A stretch of DNA of 61,705 nt, filler included, from Bipalium vagum (lineage: Eukaryota), in NCBI GenBank assembly GCA_037834085.1. It is 3 parts of 3 records of this genome, joined end to end, with 100 filler letters (N's around TTAATTAATTAA, not from the genome) between each part and the next. Parts side by side here need not be neighbours in the genome. Positions count along the whole stretch, not along the records: positions 39,171 to 61,705 come from JBBMKC010220352.1; 2 more parts are not named here. One strand, given 5' to 3'. Under the pieces are notes generated by a model. The model saw only the letters and a program-made list of their open reading frames with translations. It did not search any database and had not been told where the DNA came from. Below are positions 52,539 to 61,705 of this stretch, piece after piece (the stretch's first letter is position 1; every line of letters begins with the position of its first letter). The translations under genes and the position numbers were made by a program.

Positions 52539-55300
52539 GTATAAAACTTTGTAAGAATTCTTTAAACCACTGCCGTTGTGGCCAATGTCGAGTCCTCAAA
52601 CCGCAGTAACGATTTTTGGTGAACTTTCATTTGTTCCCTTTTACCAAGGAACAGAAGCTAAAACCATTCAACTAAATTAACGATACTCATTAATGGAATA
52701 TTTAATTGAAAATATTTCTCTTGAAGAAAACTATTTCATTAGTTTATTTACTTATCTATTGTCTCGAATATTAACCATTGTCAATTAACTTCCATCAAGG
52801 AACATAATAATACTAATAATGTATTTTTATTTATTTTATTTTTCTGAAACTAAGATATATATATTACAAGTTCAGGTTTAAATGAAGTTATATTATAGTT
52901 ATATATAAACAAAAATGGAAAACAGAGATAAACCTTAAAAGGATTCATTTAATAACGGTTCAGTTAAAAAACGTGAGAGTTTTTCAAGCAGGAAATAATA
53001 AATATTTATTACTATGGAAAAGTTCATTAATATTCAGTCTCTAAATGGCAGTCCCTACTCATTTCCAAAATTAATTAATTTAATAATTAATTAGAATTTT
53101 CATAATTTTTCTCATGAATTATTATATTGGTCAGAACTTGGTTTACTAAATTGACTTTAAAAGGTGCTATTATTTTCAATAATTGTCTTGTGCCTATTTT
53201 GTTGATCACAAATTTAACACTTCTTCAAGCACATAAATATTTATATTACTGATATTTTATATACGTCTTATGTCAACAAATGAAGACTGTACTATTATGC
53301 TTGGAGTTTTACTTAACCAAATAACAACCTCGGTGGAGAGAATATGGAAAAAAGAAATATAATAACAACTGTCAACAGAGAAAGATCTTATCACTATTTA
53401 CAAAAAATCTACTATGCTGTTACATGTGAAGTTACCGCTTTTTATGTTGATTTACAAAAACAAAAAACTTTCAAAATAATTTTATTCAATCAAAATATTC
53501 ACCGTTGCAATCAATACAACGTTGCCAACGTGAGACGAAGTTATTTATTCCATCACTGTAAAAAGTGGTATCTACGGATTCTATGAAACATCGAAGTCTC
53601 CTCAACCATAGTTTGATTAATGAAGTTCTTTAGTGGGATGGAAACTAGATCTTTTTATGTGCTTATTTTTATCGATTTATTTTTAGTTATTCAACATATT
53701 AATTTAGTTGAATACCCCAATCAGTCATTTTTTAAGTATAATAAAACGACCTGATTTTCATTATAGGAGTCTCTTAATCCTTCGAAAATTAAGTGAATAT
53801 AAATTAATAAATAGAAAGATATGTTTAAGCTACTGTCAACACTGAAGTTGGTCCAATATTCACGGAAAGGTTCTTTTTCTGGTTTATATTTTTGAGGGCT
53901 GCTACAGACGTGGAAATCTGAGAATTACAATCTAATTTCCTGGATAGCCATAAATTCAGAAATGAATTCATATTATAGAAATTTTTTTATCGAAATTCCT
54001 TTTTTTATTAAATTTTAAAAATAAAAATATATTTTTAAAATTTTATTCATACTTTTTATATATTTTAAAATAATTAAAAAATTCACCAGGTCTGATCATC
54101 CTCCTCATACATATTAACGATTTTTATTGTTAATTATTATTGTCGATGACGATGAATCATCGATATACCTTTTCCAAGCTCAAGTTCAAAATCACGTGTG
54201 CTTCTTAATGGTTCAGATTCAAATAAAGCTTGCAAGTTTTTTTCCCATTGAAACGTTTCTTAAGGTTAACTGGAAATGGAGGTTGGATAAGTTGACTCAA
54301 TTTTGCTCTTCATAACAAATAATTTTATAAGTGTCAAATGAAAGATGATACTTTTAATAGAAAAAATGGTAAATTAAAAATTAAAAGAAAAAAATTTAAT
54401 TTCTGGAAATAAGAGATTTATAATAATATATAATTTATTATTTATTGTATAATTATTATTTTAATGTAGAAACGACTGTTTTAAAACGACTAAAGATTTT
54501 ATTTCATTAAGCAATTATACTAAAGCTACTAAAAGAAAACAAAAGCAAAACTTTTATCAATTTTTTAGTATTATCGAAAAAGAACTGACTAAAAAAACCA
54601 TTTATTTATTTTAAAATTTTGCATAAACATGAAAAAATAATCCTACATTTGGTTAATTTTAAGGCTTATGCGTCTGGAGATTAATAATTCAAAGTTTATT
54701 ATTTTTGTTATTAAAGATTTTCCATAGAAAATTATGAGAAAACGTCTTTGATTATTTTTTTTCTAATTATTTATATTGATTTTATTTATAATTAATAATT
54801 AAATGTCATTTTGAATTTTTCAGCATCCATCTATCATTTTCTAATTTTTTTTCGAAAATTTAAGAAAAATTCAAAAATCAGATAGCAAAAAATTCTGTTT
54901 CATTTTTTAATTTAAATTTTATTTATTTTCAAAAATATAAATACATTGCGTGTCGTGTTTTACGATAAACAAATTCAGGAAAATTATTTATTGATTCTAA
55001 ATTTCGTTTCTTTTCTTTTTAAATCAATACAGTTTTATTAAATTCTTTGGCTTCATCTGATTTTTTAATGAGCATTGTTAAATGTTTGCTTTCAAAAGTT
55101 CTTTTTTATTCTGTCAACTATGTTTTAAAGCTTCTGCTTTTTGCAAAACCAGACGTTCAAAAAAGATATCGATTTCTATTATAAATATAATAAATAAGAC
55201 TTGATCAATCAAATCATACCATCGAACCTAGATTATTATTTACTATTATGATTATTTATTATTTTATTATTAATTTTATTATTATTATTACTTTTGTTGT

Positions 55301-55624
55301 TGTAAGGATTAAATTTTAATTAATAATAAATAATAAATAATAACTCAAATATTTTTAAAATAAATTTCTTTATTTTTAATATATTAAAATTTAATCCTTA
55401 ATGTAAAATAAATTTTTAAATAATTTTATAAATTTAAAGGGTTATTTTAAAAATAAAATAATTAAACGAATGTTAATAAAAGTTTCAGGTAATTAATTTG
55501 TTTAAGCAAATAATAAAAAGAAGATACGTATTCAAACTACACAATTATGGTCATCGAATAAAACTGTTACCAAATCTTGACCTTATTAATTCAGAAATTG
55601 TTGATAACATCGCAGAAACTAACA
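55301..55624 (+). mobile_element. solo-LTR-like repeat, copy 2
   Basis: 324 bp, TGT...AACA, internal AATAAA, colinear with 34455-34774. Embedded in ATT-rich simple repeat. Confidence 0.7.
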
Positions 55625-55647
55625 ATTATTATTATTATTTATTATTA

Positions 55648-55697
<50 letters not shown>
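55625..55697. repeat. (ATT)n microsatellite
   Basis: Interrupted ATT array. Explains the poly-Ile ORF 55498-55737. Confidence 0.95.
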
Positions 55698-55698
<1 letters not shown>

Positions 55699-57699
55699 AA
55701 ATTATTAAATTCTCCTACAAAACCTGAAACATGCTGATTATAAAATAATATTTATCATAAGTATATATAAAATAATTTCAAATATAATTTCCCTTAATTT
55801 TAGCAGAGATGATTAATTGAAAATTTATCCCGGGCAAACATTTTTTTCAGTCTATTTGAAGATAGCCATTTCCCCTTCGTATTATATCTCACTAGAATAT
55901 AATATTTCATAAAAAACTCGTCTGAAAGTGGATTAAAATTTCCATTGAGTGTCTTGAAATATTTAAAATAATTTGTAGATTTTATAAATTAATCGTGTTA
56001 TTTAAACCATGTTATACAAATAGGTTAATAAATAGAAACAGCTCGATGATACAGTCCCGGTTTTCATAAACATTTAAGGACCTCCTTGACTTTATTTGTT
56101 ATAAGTTCATCATGAAATATAATTATTTTACACCAGTATAATTTTTATATAATATAATAAAATACACACATCTTTTATATTACTTCGAAAAATCAATATA
56201 CGCCTTTATATATTCTTGAATAAGGTTATATACAAGAAAAATAAAAATTATAAAATATAATTACATTTTTAATTATATAATATAATTACATTTTTAATTA
56301 TATATTATATTATATTATATATATATATATATAATTATAATACTGTATTAATATTAATTAATACTGATTGGAGTTTTAGTTAGTGGGTCTCTTGGAGAAC
56401 AAGAACCTTTTTATGTTAACATTAAAAATCTTTATACTTTTACTTTTAAATACTTTTAAAAATAGAAAATATAAATAAACAAAACATTTTTTTGAAAAGT
56501 CGTTTCAGAAGAATATTTTTTAAACTTCTTTTTTTTCTTTCTACTGTCAACTTATTTCTTACGGTCTGTCGATTGCTTGTATTATAATATTATTATAACA
56601 AGTACATTTTTCCAAACGAAGAACTTTTTGTCCCTTTTCTAAATTCTCTTTTACTCTTTAAAATTCATGTTTATCTTATAGATACTCTTATCTCTTAAGA
56701 GTTGTTGGTTCAAAGACATGTTTTCTGGGTTTTCCTTTTATGGTTTGGTCGTTAAATTTAATTTTTTTTACTCTTTTCAAATCTTGTTTTATAAAACTTT
56801 TTGTGATTCAATACTTGTGATAGTAAATCTGACCATATCTTATTATGGTGATAGAGGTTTTAATGGATACTAGCAACAAACACTTTTATCACTTGAATAT
56901 CTTTTGGATTTGATACCGAATTTATTTCGTCTTCAATCATTCCATTACAAAACAGCAAATTATTCTAAACTGAGACTAAACAATCGAAATAAACAAGTAT
57001 TCTTCATCATGACCATCCTACCTCTCATACAGCCTGATTTCACTGACTTATCACTTTGTGATTTCTTATAGTTTTCAATCTTCAGAAAGAAATTACGTGG
57101 TGAGCACTTTTCGTCAGCTATATTTTTCCTAATTTAATATATACTTTTGTCAACCTCAAGATTGGAAAAATGCTTCAATAAATGCTTCAATTCCACACAA
57201 AAGTTTGTTGACTTTAACAGCAAAAAAGTGTGTAAATTTCCCTTGGTTTGTCATGTCAAGAAAGAGACCTTACATGTGTTAGATATTATCTAAGATATTG
57301 CTTATAATTTCTTATGCTTCTTTATATTCTTATTATAAAGTAAATTATTCATTGGACGTAACCATATTTCTTTTACATGTCACCTTTACGTCTTCTGAAG
57401 ACCAGGTAGTTTCGGATATCTTTTTTTATACAAATTGGTTCTTTTGAATAGATGATCCTTGTCTTATGATGATATACTTCGATTTAAGATATACTTTAAT
57501 TGTTCATTTTCTAGGGTTTTTGATGTGTAAAGGACTTTAGGTAACTGAATTTCTTTCTTTCTATTATCTACTTCGTTTAATTCTAGTTTAAATATCGAAT
57601 TTAGAGCAATTACAGATTCCCCATTCATTACCATCACATTAACTTACTGAAAGAAAGTCTTTCACAAAATTTTGTATTTGTATTTTTGTATTTTTCATA

Positions 57700-58320
57700 C
57701 AGGATCATCGACATAAATCCGGACAATTTGTATTAAAAGAAGATTATTTGAGTAATCAAGATAATTATTTTTGTTTAAGAAGCTAATTTATCAATAAAAT
57801 AGATTATTCAAATTAGAATTATTAATATTAGTTATAGCTTCAGAACATGTCCGAAGAGTCGCAGTGTTGAAATCACTTCTTGCCTGAAGAAAGCCAAGAG
57901 AAATAATTGAATGGTTGGCTACAACAAGACCCAAGCTTATGATTTGGCAAAGTTCCAACCTCTATGCATTCTAAGTTTTCAGCTTCAGTCATGGTGCTAG
58001 ATGTGGTTAGCATTGAAGGCCAAGTAAAGCCACCTCACTTTTTCTAACTTGGTCTTAAAGTGGATGCTAACACCTATATCGCAATACTATGCGCGGTTGT
58101 CAAACTATGGATGCACGAAATAGCCGGTGATAAATTGTATCTTCGAACAAGTCTCGGCTCCTGCTCATAAAGCAAGTAAAACACAAGCATGGCTTTATGA
58201 AAATCTGCCCTACCATTGGTCACCTGATTTATGGCCTCCCTCCTCTCCAATCAATTATTACCTATTGGGTGTGGTTGAGCCACAAGTTAACTCAAAACCA
58301 CATAACATAAGATTTGCAAG
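57700..58320 (+). mobile_element. maT (Bmmar1-like, DD37D family) remnant with internal deletion
   Basis: KFSASVMVLDVVSIEGQVKPPHFF, SAPAHKASKTQAWL, WPPSSP. Left end TA-CAGGATCATCG. Confidence 0.82.
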
Positions 58321-58711
58321 ACAGAGTTGAGATGTGCAAAACCATGGTCTCAATGTTAGAAAATGTGAATGGTAGTCATTTCGAACAATTGTTGTACATA
58401 TTTTATATGAAATAAAAATTAAAAGATTTGTCTTTAATTTTATAAAGCAAGCGATTAAACATCTCAATCTGATTAAGAAATATTTAAGTTTACTTTCTGC
58501 GGGGACTTCTGAGACACCCAGTATATCAAGTGAAGTGAATAGATTGTATTTAATAATATAACATAATATATTTAATTTAACATAATTTATTATTATTATT
58601 AATTTTAATATTATTAATTTTATTATTATTATTATTATTGTTAACATTATTTCTTATTTCATTTATATTTATTTTCTATAACTGTTTTATTAATGAATCC
58701 AATTTTTTCAG

Positions 58712-58762
58712 AAAACGCTTCTCTCCTTTCATGGTCAGACCAGTCTAGTCCTAATTCTGATA
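58712..58762 (+). CDS. candidate 51-nt symmetric phase-1 exon (ENASLLSWSDQSSPNSD)
   Basis: AATTTTTTCAG|AAAACG...GATA|GTAAAT. GC-richer island starting exactly at the acceptor. Open in phase 1. Confidence 0.45.
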
Positions 58763-60169
58763 GTAAATTAGCTATTGATAATGAAAAAGAAATACTTATA
58801 TTTTGCCACTTCATATTTGTTTTAAATAAATATTTTATATGATAATTTGAATTCTTTTACTGTAACACTTTACTTATCATTAATCCTTATTAAAAAAAAA
58901 TCATGTAAATTTTAATTCTTTCTAAAGGATGTACGTGGTTTCATGTCGAGTTTTCTAATTAACTCAACTGAACTCACAAATTTATTCTATTAACTTTGTT
59001 TTACTTTATCATTTTAAATATTTGTACTTAGTTAATTTGTAGTCAATTTTTAAAAATTTATCAATATGAAATCGAAAGTCTGGAGAAGATGCAATTGGAA
59101 TTGTTGAATTTATTTTATTAAAAAATTAATATCAGAAAATAACAGTAACGCTTTAAGGAAAATAAAGTACTATCCAACGTGTTTTAAAACGTTATTATGA
59201 TACTATATGAATCATTAATTGCTAAAATAGGTTTAGTATTTCAAAATGTTTTATTAAAATATAAAAAATATGTTCAAACTAATTTGCTCAATTTTTTTAA
59301 GTATTGTAAAGATATTTTTTTATTAGCATTTGACAAATGAATTCGTTCACATTCACAAAAGTAATGCTTAAATTAATTACCTTAAAAAAGAAAATAAGCA
59401 TTTATGGAAACATTATACATCCACTCCGTGAGTTAATTTATTTTTAAAATATCACACATATCTGTTTAACACAGGCAATCATGAAAATATAATTTGTTTT
59501 TCCTTCACCCAATTGAAGGATAAGAGACAATGATAAATAATTCAGATACATGCAAATGTAATAAAATAATGTTGTTTTAATAATAATAATTTTGCTGATT
59601 TAAGTAGAGGAATGATACAAATCATTCTCCTTTACTGCAATAAATTTTATCAGCAGGTTTTTTGTTTATGGGAAGTTAGACTTCTTCACATTAAGAAAAT
59701 TACTTAAAGTTTGATGGATGAGATAGGATATATTATCATGTTACTTCTTATACAGGATCCTTTTCAATAGAAATTGTCTACTAAAAATTTGAACATGAGC
59801 AAATAAAATTATCAATTATATTAGATCAGACTGCACGAAATAAATAGTTATATGGACAACTATAGAGATGTCAATAATGAGTCATGTCACCCGTCTTACA
59901 ACACAATCTTTGATTCTTCTTGGATTACTGTTAATTATAAGATTTATTTCCTTTGAGGTATGTCGTTCAATATTTGTAGAAAATTATTGTTTAATTAAGC
60001 CAATTTTTTGGAGTATATACACAAGACCGTATCTGACAATCCTGTTCAATAGTAGATATGTCTGGTGCATATTTTGGATAATTAATTTTTCCACTTTTGC
60101 TTTTTACAAAACAAGTAGCGTTATACTGGTACTATGTGGTATAATATTGTTATGATAGTTAAAATTAAT

Positions 60170-60800
60170 ACCTGGACGTGTTTTCATTAATTGAACTAGA
60201 ATTTCATCGATTTATTGAAAAACATCAAAATTACTGACAAATACAAATGATAACCTGAATTAAAACCATATGATATCTCATATCACAATACCAGGTATAA
60301 CGTCCTTGTGATATGATTAGATCAAGCCACTGTCACGACTCACCCTCAGGCATCAATCTCTTTTCCAAAAACTGAATTTCCATTTCATTCGTCACTCTTT
60401 TGTTGTCTTTCTTGACTATTTAAATCTTGCAGTTTTATGATGTGATGTCTGTGGTAGGCATCACTTTGGACTGTATAAGCGGAGACCAATACTACTCAAT
60501 CTTCAATATGTAGTGCTGCGAAACACCTTTTCCTTATGTTTATTTCCTAATTTATGCTCATTCTTGTGGCATGAATCTGTATCTAAGAGCTAGAAGTTGA
60601 ACGTGTTTATCTTTACTCCAGTGTTATCAACTGCCACTGCGACGATGCTTCATGTCTTACTCACACCATGAATGATTGTAAAACAGTATCCTAAACATCT
60701 GGTAATTTCTCTGAAACTTATTCCACCTTCATGAAGTCCTGCTATTCGACCTCTTTCAAAGTCTGATAGCTAGATGGAATTGTGTACTTCTTGTTATTCA
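60170..60800 (-). mobile_element. Tc1 transposase remnant
   Basis: Minus strand LSDFERGRIAGLHEGG..FREITR. Same family type as 3960-4600. Confidence 0.78.
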
Positions 60801-61479
60801 TGAATTATTTATTCATCTACTTTATTTATTTAAATAATGCCCATACAAAAGTGTTGATGTCTGATTAAATAAGAGATACAATAATTCCGATGCGATTTAT
60901 TAAAAAAATGACTAATGCGTTTACATTAAAAGGAATGTACGATAATACCAAATAATAATAATAATAATAATAATAATATATTAATAATAATAAATATATA
61001 GTTTCTAAAAAGAATTATATTTAGGTTATGTGCCATTTTTTACACCAAGAACAGAATATTTATTGTTCTTTTACTGTTATAAATGAACTTAAGAATAATA
61101 AAGAAAATTGCATAATTAAGTATATCAGGTTAAATACGTAGGCGATGGAAGTGTTTGTAGAATTTGGTACAAACAGACCAAAAACATTCGAGAAGTACTT
61201 CAGTGAATGAAAACTGTTCATCACTTAATTTCTTCTGATATTTGAGATGAAAAAGAAGTAGCAAGGTGAATATGGCGAATATGTCATTAATTCTATTTGA
61301 CTGCGAAATCCATGCACTTCATGAAACCTAACGTTATCATGATGATGAACAATCTTTTATTTCAACTGTTTTTCTCATTTTGGAAATGGCATATGGTAGG
61401 TAAACTTTTGGATAACATTTAAAATTGACAGTTCTGAAAATTTCTAAAGTTATCTTTGCAACATATCGTGCACGAATAT

Positions 61480-61705
61480 TATAATTTTTATTTAGCATAA
61501 CAAGCACATTACAGAGGTTTTTTTTTCTATATATATAGTTACCATGTACATTGACACATTTCCGCAAGCGAGCAGCCAACTCAATGAAAGCCGATTTAAA
61601 GAACTCTGGAGATTTATTCTCTAAAAATTGCATCACTGAATCTCTCAGTTCTGTCTTGGAAGCAAATTGTTGACCTCTCAAGTTCTTCTTAAGATAGTTG
61701 AAGAG
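61480..61705 (-). mobile_element. mariner 3' end, continues beyond window
   Basis: LFNYLKKNLRGQQF...FFKSAFIEL..RLRKCVNVHGNY. Confidence 0.82.

Noticed and set aside
55498-55737. Poly-Ile/Tyr ORF resembling a membrane protein
   Set aside because: Translation of an LTR end plus (ATT)n microsatellite.
1-61705. Prokaryotic systems (CRISPR arrays, operons, rRNA, intact tRNA)
   Set aside because: No regularly spaced repeats, no gene-dense ORFs and no rRNA or cloverleaf signatures seen. The sequence is eukaryotic repeat-rich DNA.

Overview
Very AT-rich eukaryotic DNA, most likely from an invertebrate. The style is compatible with a flatworm-like genome, but the organism cannot be determined from the sequence. 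There is no intact long ORF. The informative entries in the ORF track are decayed transposon pieces; the rest look like AT-rich noise. The window is a graveyard of IS630-Tc1-mariner elements: many mariner (DD34D-type) remnants, two near-full-length copies of one DD37D (maT) element with ACGGG termini, a DD41D (rosa/VS) element, several Tc1/DD34E elements (one with IR/DR-type ends) and pogo/Tigger remnants. It also holds three TA-flanked MITEs, a Gypsy RT fragment, a LINE fragment, a CGGBP/hAT-like remnant and two solo-LTR-like copies of a ~320-bp repeat. Two 100-bp assembly spacers (44N-TTAATTAATTAA-44N) split it into three contigs. The most interesting non-TE signal is a chain of short + strand candidate exons invisible to the ORF track: 17, 24, 75, 12, 24, 15 and 51 nt. 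All but the first are symmetric phase-1 exons with 3n length, and they splice into one open frame (MATALTPNLLSLKDFIEQTKSSISNYLYAEDEGMKFTQEPQIEFSQHFANELFMLENASLLSWSDQSSPNSD), suggesting a micro-exon-rich host gene with TE-filled introns. A 128-nt G:U-rich fold-back at 20925-21052 is the second signal. Both are hypotheses that need transcript data. All family assignments come from motif recognition by eye, not database searches.
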